Made by a program: the position numbers and the translations under genes. A DNA stretch of 64,000 bases from an uncultured Enterobacterales bacterium (lineage in GTDB: Bacteria; Myxococcota_A; UBA796; CAJQPC01): the NCBI GenBank assembly GCA_964604675.1, contig CAZSAT010000001.1:29110-93109 (forward strand), written 5' to 3'. Positions within the stretch are counted from its first letter, which is position 1, and every line of letters begins with the position of its first letter. The notes beneath the pieces are model-generated. The model was not told the origin of the DNA. It made no database searches and was given only the letters and a program-made list of their open reading frames with translations. Positions 9,313 to 17,399 of the stretch are shown here, piece after piece.

Positions 9313-10225
9313 GGTGGAGGACGTGGCTATCACGCGCGCTTCCCACCCCGTGGACCGCGGCGCCCTCGACCACTGGCTCCGGAGCGCGGTGGAGCATCGG
9401 GGGTGCGTGCGATCGTGGGTCCACCCGGTCGAGCCGGGGTACGACTACCCGGAGGCCGCCGTGCTCTGGCTGTCCTGGGCGGCCTGGCGCGGCGAAGCGC
9501 ACACCGAACAAGCCCGGCGCGTGGCCGCCCGGCTGCTCGAGGACCTCACGTCGCAGGGCTCCCTGGGCCGCGGCGGGCAGCGCTACCTGTTCGACAGCTG
9601 CCTGGGCCTGCACGCCCTGGTGAGGGCTGACGTGGACCTCCCCTTCGACCGGATCGTCGAGGGCCTGGCGCGCTTCGAGGCCCCCGTGCAGCCCAGGGCG
9701 GGCGCCCGTTGGTCCGAGCGGTGGACCGGCCACATGGACCGCGCTGCAGCGCTGCTCCTCCAGGCGGCGCACCAACGGCGCTCCGAGCCCGGTGTTCGCC
9801 TCGCCCGACGCCTCCGGGAACGGGCGAGCGAGACCAGCGACTACGTGCATGCTCTCGCCTACGCGGCCGAGGGCGAGCTGCTCTTTCGCGCCCTGGGGGA
9901 GCCGGCCCGCCGCGCGCCCGAGCGCTTCGCCGCCCAGCTCGCCGAGCTCCAGCGCGCCGACGGTGCCCTGCCGGCCTGGATCGACGGCCGCGAGGGGCCG
10001 CGGCTCGACGCCACCGCCCAGGCCGTGCGCCTCTGGGCCCTGATCGACCGTGACCACTACGACGCTCCGATCCAGGCGGCGCTGGGCGTCCTCGCCACCT
10101 GGCAGCACCGGACCGGCGGCATCTGCTACGACCCCCGTGGTCATGTGAACACCTGGACCTCGATCTTCGCCGACCAGGCGCTGGTCTGGGCGGAGGGCGG
10201 AGCGAACGGGCTTGCCTGGATCTGA
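9311..10225 (+). CDS. hypothetical protein, possibly an alpha/alpha-toroid (prenyltransferase/terpene-cyclase-like repeat) fold
   Basis: 304-aa ORF with high GC3. It contains repeated Q-x-x-D/T-G-like motifs (LQRADGALPAW, WQHRTGGICYD, SQGSLGRGG). The fold assignment is inferred from these motifs only. Confidence 0.6.
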   Translation: MVEDVAITRASHPVDRGALDHWLRSAVEHRGCVRSWVHPVEPGYDYPEAAVLWLSWAAWRGEAHTEQARRVAARLLEDLTSQGSLGRGGQRYLFDSCLGLHALVRADVDLPFDRIVEGLARFEAPVQPRAGARWSERWTGHMDRAAALLLQAAHQRRSEPGVRLARRLRERASETSDYVHALAYAAEGELLFRALGEPARRAPERFAAQLAELQRADGALPAWIDGREGPRLDATAQAVRLWALIDRDHYDAPIQAALGVLATWQHRTGGICYDPRGHVNTWTSIFADQALVWAEGGANGLAWI

Positions 10226-11825
10226 GGCCGTGCTCGGCCTCTGGGACGGCCACGGCGCGAGCGTCGCGGTGGTCGCGGAGGGGCGGCTCGTCTTCGCCCT
10301 GGCGGAGGCTCGCCCGAGCCGACGCAAGCGCTTCAGCGGCTTCCCCGAACAGGCCCTCGCCGCCGCGATGCGCTGGACCGACCAGGCCGGGTTGAGCGTG
10401 CACCGCGTGGCGCTCGCCGGGGCGAGGGGTCGGAGCCTCCACCGCCTGGCCGAGCCGCTCTACACGGGGAGCGATCCACACCGCGAGCCGTTGGGGCGCA
10501 CCAGCCTGGCGGCCATGGGCTGGGAGAACGGCGTGGCGCGGTCGCCGGCCGGGCACATCGACGCTCGAATCGGGCGCGCCGTGGTCCAGCGGCGGCTCGC
10601 GGCCGCGGGACTGCGCGCCCCCCTGATCACCGTCGACCACCACGACGCGCACGCCTGGTCCGCGCGCTTCGGGCGAGCGGAGCGCGCGCTGGTGGTGACC
10701 GCCGACGCCTACGGGGAGGGGCGCTCCGCGACCGTGCGGCGGGCAGACACCATGGACGAGGTGCTCGCGAGCACCGACGCGCGCTTCGGCCTCGCGCTGC
10801 TCTTCGGGGCGGTCACCGTGGGGCTCGGCTTCCAGGAGGGCGACGAGGGCAAGGTCATGGGCCTGGCCGCGCACGGCGACCCCGAGGCCGCAGCACCCTT
10901 CGACGCGCTCTTCGAGGGGGGGGTCGAGCCGCACCTCCGGCGTCCGCTCTCGCGTCGACGCGTCCAGCAGCTCCTCGGCGCGCTCTCCCGCGAGGACGCG
11001 GCGGCCGGTGCGCAGGCCTGTGTGGAGCGTCGTGCAGCCGCCTGGATCGCGTCCGAGGTGGAGCGGAGCGGCTGCGGACGGCTGTTGCTCGCCGGGGGCC
11101 TCTTCGCGAACGTCCGGCTCAACCAGAGGCTGGCGAGCCTTCCGGGCATCGACGGCATCGAGGTGTTCGTCGCGATGGGCGACGAAGGGCTGTCCGCCGG
11201 TGCGGCCCACCGGGTCTGGGCGGCTCGCCACGGCCCCGCTGTGTGCCGTGATCCGCGCCTCGGCGTGGCCCACGTGCTCCCGGACCTCGGCGTGCCCACC
11301 ACCACCGCGCGCGTCGCCGAGCACCTCGCGTCGGAACGCGTGGTGTGCCGCTACAGCGGACGCGAAGCCTTCGGTCCCCGCGCGCTGGGCAACCGCTCGA
11401 TCCTCTTCGCAGCGAGGCCGGCGGTCGCGGCCCGCGTGAACGCGGCGCTGGGGCGGGACCCGATCATGGCCTTCGCTCCGGTGATGACGGCGGAGGCCGC
11501 TCCTGCGTTGGTCGAGGGGCACGCCGGTCACCTGACCGACATGACCATCACCGCACGGGCGACCGACCTCCTGCGCCAGGTGTGCCCGGCCGCGGTGCAC
11601 CTCGACGGAAGCGTGCGCCCGCAGGTCGTCCACAGGGCCCAGCAGCCCGCACTCCACGAGCTGCTCACCGCCGCCGCCGAGCGCGGGCTGCCGGCGCTCG
11701 TCAACACCAGCTTCAACCTCCACGGCGAGCCGATCGTGCACACCCCCACCGATGCGCTGCGCACCTGGGAGGCGAGCGGCCTGGACGTGCTGTTGCTGGG
11801 GGAGCGCGAGCTCGGGGTGGCCTGA
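10212..11825 (+). CDS. carbamoyltransferase, NodU/CmcH family (second copy)
   Basis: VLGLWDGHGASVAVVAEGRLVFALAEARPSRRKRFSGFPEQAL and the C-terminal TSFNLHGEPIV motif. The track start is TTG at 10212. An in-frame GTG at 10230 is an equally plausible start. Confidence 0.82.
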   Translation: MPGSEAVLGLWDGHGASVAVVAEGRLVFALAEARPSRRKRFSGFPEQALAAAMRWTDQAGLSVHRVALAGARGRSLHRLAEPLYTGSDPHREPLGRTSLAAMGWENGVARSPAGHIDARIGRAVVQRRLAAAGLRAPLITVDHHDAHAWSARFGRAERALVVTADAYGEGRSATVRRADTMDEVLASTDARFGLALLFGAVTVGLGFQEGDEGKVMGLAAHGDPEAAAPFDALFEGGVEPHLRRPLSRRRVQQLLGALSREDAAAGAQACVERRAAAWIASEVERSGCGRLLLAGGLFANVRLNQRLASLPGIDGIEVFVAMGDEGLSAGAAHRVWAARHGPAVCRDPRLGVAHVLPDLGVPTTTARVAEHLASERVVCRYSGREAFGPRALGNRSILFAARPAVAARVNAALGRDPIMAFAPVMTAEAAPALVEGHAGHLTDMTITARATDLLRQVCPAAVHLDGSVRPQVVHRAQQPALHELLTAAAERGLPALVNTSFNLHGEPIVHTPTDALRTWEASGLDVLLLGERELGVA

Positions 11826-11833
11826 TTCGACCC

Positions 11834-12883
11834 TCAGCCGTGCACGACGCGGACTCCGGGGGCCGACAGGAGACCGTGCACCGCCTCCTGCGCGGCGTCG
11901 AGCTCCAGCTCCTTCATGCAGCGGAAGTGCAGGCGCGGGCAGAAGGGCCGCCCGTAGAAGTGGCACGGGGCGCAGGGGACGTCTCCGAAGAGCACCGCGT
12001 GCCCCGAGAAGTCGAACTGCTCGGGGTCGGTGGAGCCGAAGAAGGCGAGGGTCGGGATCCCCAGGCCCCGGGCGATGTGCATCGGTCCGCTGTCGTTCGC
12101 GACGAAGGCATCGAAGAGCGAGATCATGCCCGCCCAGATCGGCAGCTTCGCCTCGACGAACACCGCGCCGGGTGCCTCGCGCACGATCTGCTGGCAGAGC
12201 GGATACTCGTCGGGGCTCCCGCTCACCACGACCTGACGGCCGCTCGCGACCAGCTCGCGGGCCAGGCCGCCGAAGCGCTCGACGGGCCAACGCTTGGTCG
12301 GCCACCCCGCACCCGGTGAGAGGCCCACCATAGGCTCCGAGGTGCACACACGCGCGGCTTCGAGGCGCTCCCTCGCACGGTCCTGGTCGTCGGGCCCCAA
12401 CCAGTAGCTCAGCCGGCCGCGCTCGAGCTTCCGTCCCACCAGCTCCTCGACCGCGAGGTGGAAGCGGTCCGCGAGCCACATGCCCCCCCGCCACCGCTTC
12501 AGGCCCAGCCGCACGGGCAGCCCGTCCTGCCAGCGACGCTTCGTCCAGATCGCGCGGCGGGTGCGCGGCAACAGCGGCCGGAGCGCCCGGCACCGCAGGC
12601 TGCCGTGAAGATCGAGCAGCGCGTCGAAGCCCAGCGCGCGCAGCCGGCGCGCGAAGGAGACCACCCCCTCGTCGCGCCCGATCACGATCACGTCGTGCAC
12701 GTGCGGGCTGTGCCGGACCAGCCCGTCGAAGCCCTCCCGCACCGCGTACACGATCTCGGTCTGCGGCCACGCGGTGTGGAGCGCGGCGATCGCGGGGGAC
12801 GTGAGCACGATGTCGCCCACGGAGCTGAAGCGCAGCACCACCACCCGCTCCGGGGCGCCGGCCTGGACCAGCGCCGTGCTCAC
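11834..12883 (-). CDS. family 9 glycosyltransferase (LPS heptosyltransferase-like)
   Basis: RVVVLRFSSVGDIVLTSPAIAAL, GAGWPTKRWPVERF and FVANDSGPMHIARGLGIPTLAFFG are GT9 hallmarks. I trimmed the ORF to the GTG at 12883, which overlaps the upstream stop (GTGA at 12880-12883). Confidence 0.87.
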   Translation of the reverse strand: MSTALVQAGAPERVVVLRFSSVGDIVLTSPAIAALHTAWPQTEIVYAVREGFDGLVRHSPHVHDVIVIGRDEGVVSFARRLRALGFDALLDLHGSLRCRALRPLLPRTRRAIWTKRRWQDGLPVRLGLKRWRGGMWLADRFHLAVEELVGRKLERGRLSYWLGPDDQDRARERLEAARVCTSEPMVGLSPGAGWPTKRWPVERFGGLARELVASGRQVVVSGSPDEYPLCQQIVREAPGAVFVEAKLPIWAGMISLFDAFVANDSGPMHIARGLGIPTLAFFGSTDPEQFDFSGHAVLFGDVPCAPCHFYGRPFCPRLHFRCMKELELDAAQEAVHGLLSAPGVRVVHG

Positions 12884-13755
12884 AGGGCCTCCAGCAGAGA
12901 CCAGGGGGAGAGCTCCGGCAGCACGCAGGCTGCCCGGTCCACGTAGAAGGTCGCCACCAGGGCGTGCTGCCCCGAGACCACTCCGTGGCTTACGAGATCG
13001 GTGAAGACCATCCAGCTCTCGCCGGGGGCGAAGCTGAGCTGGACCTGCCGACCGACCGCTGCCTGGAACCCCTCGTCCTCCTTCAGGTGGTTGTGCAGCC
13101 GGCGCATCGCCCGATCGTAGGGAGAGCTCCCGATCAGCTGCGCCGGCCCGACACCCAGCTCCGTCAGGCCGTTCAGGGTCCCGGAACCCACCCGGTCCAG
13201 CAGACCAGGTTCGAGCGCAACGCCCCCCTCGAAGAGCGCGCCTCCGTGCTCCGCCAGCAGATCGGGCAAGAGCCCCGCCGACTTCCACACCCTCGGCTCG
13301 CTCGGGTGCACGTTGGTGAAGAACCGCAGCACCCGGTCACCGCCGGTGGGACCGGAGGCGAAGGCGTCGACGTGGATGCGCTCGTTGCTGCCGCGCACCG
13401 ACAGCTCGCGGCCCCGCTCCTGCTCCGGGCGGTAGTTGGTCTTGCCGGCCCTCCAGCGCCCGGCGTAGGGGGGGGCCAGCGCCGCGAGTCGCTGGCTCAC
13501 CGCGGCCTGGTAGGCGGCCAGCACGTCGCGGGCTCGACGCTTCAGGGCGCCACCTCCGCCCAGGCCGCTCAGGAAGTCGCCCCGCGGGTGGTAGCTGATG
13601 TTGCGACCAGACCGCAGCTCGGGGAGCACCTCGCGCAGGTAGGCGAGGTCTCCGTCGGGCAAGGGGGCGAAGTCGTCCAGGCGCACGATGCCGCCCCGCT
13701 CCAGCTCCTCGGCCACCTCCAAGCCCTCGCGCCACGGCACGATGCGCGGGCTCAC
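12880..13755 (-). CDS. kdoO: Kdo hydroxylase (KdoO)-like Fe(II)/2-oxoglutarate dioxygenase
   Basis: LERGGIVRLDDF, GRNISYHP, TNYRPEQERGRELSVRGSNERIHVDAFASGPTGGDRVLRFFTNVHPSEPRVW matches my recollection of the Kdo_hydroxy family pattern. It sits between GT2 and GT9 LPS-core genes. The GTG start is at 13755 (GTGA overlap at 13752-13755). Confidence 0.72.
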   Translation of the reverse strand: MSPRIVPWREGLEVAEELERGGIVRLDDFAPLPDGDLAYLREVLPELRSGRNISYHPRGDFLSGLGGGGALKRRARDVLAAYQAAVSQRLAALAPPYAGRWRAGKTNYRPEQERGRELSVRGSNERIHVDAFASGPTGGDRVLRFFTNVHPSEPRVWKSAGLLPDLLAEHGGALFEGGVALEPGLLDRVGSGTLNGLTELGVGPAQLIGSSPYDRAMRRLHNHLKEDEGFQAAVGRQVQLSFAPGESWMVFTDLVSHGVVSGQHALVATFYVDRAACVLPELSPWSLLEAL

Positions 13756-14495
13756 GGCTGCCGCCACCAGAGGCGTCCCCACTTGAGCGCCACGTAGGTC
13801 GCGCCGAGCCATGCGAGCACCACGCCGGTCACGCCATCGCGCAGCCCGGCCTGCAGGACCAGGCTGCGCAGCAGGTGGATCGGGGGGCGCAGGAGCACAT
13901 CGAGCAAGGAGCTGCGACGACCGCGCTCCAGGGACACCTCCACGAAGCGGGCGGTGTAGCGATCGATCGTGCCCAGGTGCTCGCCGACGTCTCGGTACGG
14001 CACGTGCTCGAGGACCCCGTCCAGGCGCCCCACCGAGCCGGCTACGACGAGCTTGTCGTGGGGATCCTCGCCCGCCCAGGTGGCGAGCTCCCTGCGCGCG
14101 AGCCGAAGGTGCCATTGCGGCCCGAAGCTCCCGCCGCGCACGACCTGCCCCAGCCACGTGTTCCGACGAAGCACCGCGTAGCCGTCGCGGGGCCCGCCGG
14201 CTCGAACGACCGCGCGCACCGCCCGGGCCAGCTCCTCGGTCACGGCTTCGTCGGCGTCGAGGAAGAGCACCCAGGGCTGGGTGCAGAGCTCGGCCGCCCG
14301 GTTCTTCTGGGTCACGTGCCCGGGCCAGTCGGTCTCGACCACCCGGGCGCCGAGCCCACGGGCCACCTCCGGCGTGCCGTCGGTCGACCCGGAGTCGACC
14401 ACCAGGACCTCGGCCGCGTCCGGGAGGGACCGGATGGCTCCCTCGATCCGGTCGGCCTCGTCCCGCGCGATGATGGCGACGCTCAACGGCAGCAT
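13752..14495 (-). CDS. family 2 glycosyltransferase, LPS core type (WaaE/KdtX-like)
   Basis: LSVAIIARDEADRIEGAIRSL, VLVVDSGSTDGT, QKNRAAE and FLDADE. The ATG start is at 14495. Confidence 0.87.
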   Translation of the reverse strand: MLPLSVAIIARDEADRIEGAIRSLPDAAEVLVVDSGSTDGTPEVARGLGARVVETDWPGHVTQKNRAAELCTQPWVLFLDADEAVTEELARAVRAVVRAGGPRDGYAVLRRNTWLGQVVRGGSFGPQWHLRLARRELATWAGEDPHDKLVVAGSVGRLDGVLEHVPYRDVGEHLGTIDRYTARFVEVSLERGRRSSLLDVLLRPPIHLLRSLVLQAGLRDGVTGVVLAWLGATYVALKWGRLWWRQP

Positions 14496-14517
14496 GGCAG
14501 CATGCTATTCGGTCCCC

Positions 14518-14943
14518 ATGCTCACGACCCTGCTCTTGTCCGCCTGCGCGCTCGCCAACGAGCCTGCCGCCACCGAAGAAGCCCCGGCCCCTACCGCGAC
14601 GGCCCCCACCGAGGAGGCCGCGGGAAGCCACCGCGACGTCACCGTGGCCGACCTCGCCGCGCGGCTGGACGCGGGCACCGCCACCTTCGTGCTGGACGTG
14701 CGCACGGCGGGGGAGTTCGCCGGCGGTCATGTCCCGGGCGCGGTGAACATTCCCGTGGGCGACCTGCCTTCCCGGATGAACGAGCTGGAGGCGCACAAGG
14801 GCTCCGAGATCTGGACGATCTGCGCCGTCGGCGGCCGTTCCGCCGCCGCCGCCGGCCAGCTCGCGGCGGCCGGCTACACCGCCGTCAACGTGGACGGCGG
14901 CACCAACGGGTGGGTGGAAGCCGGGCACGCGGTCGAGAAGTAG
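14518..14943 (+). CDS. rhodanese-domain lipoprotein (sulfurtransferase-like)
   Basis: MLTTLLLSAC lipobox. Rhodanese core FVLDVRTAGEFAGGHVPGAVNIP. Active-site loop ICAVGGRSAAAA (CxxGxRS). The ORF is open further upstream, but that region overlaps the GT2 gene. Confidence 0.85.
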   Translation: MLTTLLLSACALANEPAATEEAPAPTATAPTEEAAGSHRDVTVADLAARLDAGTATFVLDVRTAGEFAGGHVPGAVNIPVGDLPSRMNELEAHKGSEIWTICAVGGRSAAAAGQLAAAGYTAVNVDGGTNGWVEAGHAVEK

Positions 14944-14954
14944 TCCGAGAGGGA

Positions 14955-15133
14955 AGCCTCCCGTGGGCGCAGCCTCCTGTCGGCGCACCATCCACCACGG
15001 TGGGGGGTCAGCGCCCGAAGGGCGCGTAGGGGGGCCATAGAGGGCCCCCCTTCAGAGAGCATCCGGTCCCCTGAGTGCCCGAAGGGCCAGCGAAGGGGAA
15101 GCCTCCTGTCGGCGCAAGCGCCGGCAGGAGGCT
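14955..15133. repeat. intergenic 16-nt repeat family (AGCCTCC[CT]GT[GC]GGCGC) together with GC-rich hairpins
   Basis: Direct copies lie at 14955-14970, 14971-14986 (tandem) and 15100-15115, and an inverted copy at 15118-15133. Additional hairpins are GCGCCC-GAA-GGGCGC (15011-15025) and GGGGGGCC-ATAGAG-GGCCCCCC (15029-15050). The region lies between the convergent rhodanese and HEAT genes. Confidence 0.7.
15100..15133. terminator. long perfect-stem hairpin between convergent genes (possible bidirectional terminator)
   Basis: AGCCUCCUGUCGGCGC-AA-GCGCCGGCAGGAGGCU forms 15-16 bp with one G-U pair. It overlaps the stop codon (15132-15134) of the minus-strand HEAT gene. No clear U-tract follows, so intrinsic-terminator function is uncertain. 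Confidence 0.4.
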
Positions 15134-16466
15134 ATCGGGTGTAGAGGTAGCGCACCGCCGACTGGGCCTCGCTCACCTTCCCGCAGTGCGCGCCCATCGG
15201 GCACGACAGCGTGCTCCGGTAGCGCACGCCCACCCCGGTGACGAGGGCGGGGTCCACGCCCTCATGGTCCGCCGCCGCCTCGAAGTCCTCGCGGAAGCTC
15301 ACCACCAGGTCCTCGGCGTCGTCCGAGACGGGAGAGCAGGAGCAGGCGCGACCTTCCCAGGTCTTCTCGCCCAGGCGGTAGGCCGCGTCCTGCCAGATCA
15401 CCAGCAGCGACGTCGGCAACCCGGGCGGAGGGTGCCCCGGGTCCAGCCACGCCGTCTCGGCCAGCAGGGCGTCGGTCCGCGCCGCCTCGGGTTCCGCCTC
15501 GAGCTCCCCCTCCCCCTCCAGCGCAGGCTCGACATCGACCACGGCCCACACGGGCAGCTGCCCACCTCGAGGAGGCAACGCCTCCAGCTCGGCCACCGCC
15601 TCGACCATGGCGCTCCGGACCGACCCGAGGCGCGTCCCGATCCGCGGATCCATCAGGTTCGTGACCAGCACGACGTCGTCGTCCGACGCGTCGCGCGCCA
15701 GCTCCCTCAGCCCGGGCGCAGCGCGCGGATCACCGACCACCGCCAGGCCCTGTGCCGCCAGCAGGCGCACGTAGGGGTGCTCGGAGGTGTCAGACGCCAA
15801 CCACAGGAGCGCTGCCACCGCGTCGTCGTCACCGACCGTGGCCAGCGCGCGCGCCGCCGAGGCGCGGTGGTGCCACACGTCGCTGTCGACGAAGGGACGC
15901 AGCTCGTCCACGCTCCCACCCCCGAAGTAGTGCAGCCCCTCCAGGGCCAGGTGCTGCGCGAAGAAGCGCTGCGACGCCTCGCTCCGGGCATCGGCTTCCG
16001 GCCCTGTCGGAGGCTCCTTCAGCGAGGCCCGCACCCGATCGAGCCAGGCCAGATCCGGCTGCTTGCCGTGCTCCAGCCGCCAGAGCGCCCGCACCGCGGC
16101 CACGAAGTCCTGCTCGTCGAAGACCCCGGCGTGGAAGCTGATGCGCACGTCGCCGATCACGTGGTCGCCGTCCCGGAGGAAGGCGCCGCTCGTGGGGGTC
16201 TGCAGGGTCCAGCTCGCGCCGACGCGGTCGAGCAGCAACAACACACGCTGCCCGCTGCGCGCCGACGCGACGGGGCCGTCCCCCGCCTCCTTCACCACGA
16301 AGGTCACTGGCGGCGAGGCGCCCTCGTAGACCTCCAACAGGTTGACCTTCGGCCCCTCGCCGACCACCTCGACGAGCACGAAGGTCTCGGCGTCTGCGGC
16401 CACCTGGCGGGTGTACGGCTCATGCCAGGTCGTCGCCCAGGCCAGGGCCCACAGCAGCACGCTCAT
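15132..16466 (-). CDS. HEAT-repeat protein with an N-terminal signal-like segment
   Basis: I trimmed the 726-aa track ORF to the ATG at 16466 (MSVLLWALAWATTW). PBS-lyase/HEAT-like repeats are present (HRASAARALATVGDDDAVAALLWLASDTSEHPYVRLLAAQGLAVVGDPRAAPGLRELA). The upstream extension is antisense to the YHYH gene. Confidence 0.72.
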   Translation of the reverse strand: MSVLLWALAWATTWHEPYTRQVAADAETFVLVEVVGEGPKVNLLEVYEGASPPVTFVVKEAGDGPVASARSGQRVLLLLDRVGASWTLQTPTSGAFLRDGDHVIGDVRISFHAGVFDEQDFVAAVRALWRLEHGKQPDLAWLDRVRASLKEPPTGPEADARSEASQRFFAQHLALEGLHYFGGGSVDELRPFVDSDVWHHRASAARALATVGDDDAVAALLWLASDTSEHPYVRLLAAQGLAVVGDPRAAPGLRELARDASDDDVVLVTNLMDPRIGTRLGSVRSAMVEAVAELEALPPRGGQLPVWAVVDVEPALEGEGELEAEPEAARTDALLAETAWLDPGHPPPGLPTSLLVIWQDAAYRLGEKTWEGRACSCSPVSDDAEDLVVSFREDFEAAADHEGVDPALVTGVGVRYRSTLSCPMGAHCGKVSEAQSAVRYLYTR

Positions 16467-16507
16467 CGGTACCTCGGCCGACACCATGCCAGATCCGACC
16501 GCAGAGC

Positions 16508-16536
16508 CTGCAGCACGCCGGTTGCACGTGCTGCAG
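16508..16536 (+). promoter_or_regulatory. 10-bp perfect inverted repeat, candidate enhancer (UAS) for the NtrC-type activator
   Basis: CTGCAGCACG-N9-CGTGCTGCAG at 16508-16517 and 16527-16536. A further CTGCAG lies at 16540-16545. The repeat centre is about 50 nt upstream of the sigma-54-like promoter. Confidence 0.4.
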
Positions 16537-16573
16537 AATCTGCAGGTCGGTGCGCACGGACGTGCCACGGGAT

Positions 16574-16589
16574 CTGGCACGGACCGTGC
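16574..16589 (+). promoter_or_regulatory. sigma-54 (-24/-12) promoter
   Basis: TGGCACGGACCGTGCT versus the consensus TGGCACG-N4-TTGCW. The GG and GC dinucleotides have exact spacing and there is a single mismatch (T to G at the first T of TTGC). It lies 28 nt upstream of the ATG at 16617, with GGAG at 16607-16610. The operon it precedes encodes a sigma-54 activator. Confidence 0.6.
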
Positions 16590-16616
16590 TTTCGTCCCGA
16601 CCAACCCGGAGTCCTC

Positions 16617-17399
16617 ATGCTGCTGATCGCGATCGCCTGCACCGTCGAGAGCCAGGACACTGCCATCGACTGCGACCTGACCGACGACTTCCCCGAGGTC
16701 ACGCCCGATCCAGCCAACGCCGACTACCCCGACCCCGAGGTCGATGTCTACTGCACCGACGACGAGCTGGTCGTGCTGTCCAACGGCATCCCCGGCTTCG
16801 CGTACGTGCAGGCCACGCCGAACGACCTGGAGGCCATCGACTGGGAGTGGCGGGTCACCAGGAGCCCCCAGCTGACAGGCACCACCTCGGACATCCCCGA
16901 GCTCGGCCTCGCCGGCTTCACGGTCAGCGGCCTGCCGATCTACGGCCCGAACGAGGGGCCGCCGACCTACGGCGACCCCGTCTACGACGCGATCCTCGAC
17001 GACTGCCTGGGCCACACCGCGCCGGAGGGCGACTACCACTTCCACGCCCTGGTGACGGCCTGCATCCTCGGGACCACCGACCAGGTCCAGCCAGTGCTCG
17101 GCTATGCGATGGACGGCTTCCCCATCTACGGCCCCACGGGTTGCCTGGACGAGGCCTGCACGGAGAGCGCGACCATGGAGAGCGCCTGGGAGCAGGTGGG
17201 CGACCCCTCCGAGGGCGCCTGGGACGCCTACCAGGTCGGCGAGGCGACGGGCGACACGGTGCTCGACAGCTGCAACGGGCGCGAACAGCCCGACGGCAGC
17301 TACGGCTACCACGTCACCGCAACCTTCCCCTACATCCTCGGCTGCTACCGCGGCACGGCGGAAGGCGCGGGCGATGACCAGGGCGGGGGCGCGCCGTGA
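16617..17399 (+). CDS. YHYH-domain lipoprotein
   Basis: MLLIAIAC lipobox. LPIYGPNEGP, GDYHFHA, GFPIYGP and GSYGYHVTATFPYILGCYRG are typical of the YHYH family. Confidence 0.85.
   Translation: MLLIAIACTVESQDTAIDCDLTDDFPEVTPDPANADYPDPEVDVYCTDDELVVLSNGIPGFAYVQATPNDLEAIDWEWRVTRSPQLTGTTSDIPELGLAGFTVSGLPIYGPNEGPPTYGDPVYDAILDDCLGHTAPEGDYHFHALVTACILGTTDQVQPVLGYAMDGFPIYGPTGCLDEACTESATMESAWEQVGDPSEGAWDAYQVGEATGDTVLDSCNGREQPDGSYGYHVTATFPYILGCYRGTAEGAGDDQGGGAP

Noticed and set aside
5583-12770. Very long ORFs in the track (1166 aa at 5583-9083, 983 aa at 7376-10327, 1074 aa at 9546-12770), and similar ones at 22742-25756 and 28638-31028.
   Set aside because: Their translations are R/G/P/A/H-rich low-complexity strings without motifs. 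They lie antisense or out of frame to ORFs with clear family signatures (carbamoyltransferases, GT9, HtrA-like protease, EF-G). They are typical shadow ORFs of stop-codon-poor GC-rich DNA.
16545-16566. A second TGGCAC on the minus strand (complement of GTGCCA at 16561-16566) as a divergent sigma-54 promoter for the HEAT gene.
   Set aside because: The downstream element reads GTCCGTGCGC, which places the GC dinucleotide one position off the canonical -24/-12 spacing. Such spacing changes normally abolish sigma-54 promoter function.
15075-17399. The 774-aa plus-strand ORF spanning the HEAT gene region.
   Set aside because: Only its last 260 codons (from the ATG at 16617) look like a real protein (YHYH lipoprotein). 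The upstream part is antisense to the HEAT gene and is low-complexity.
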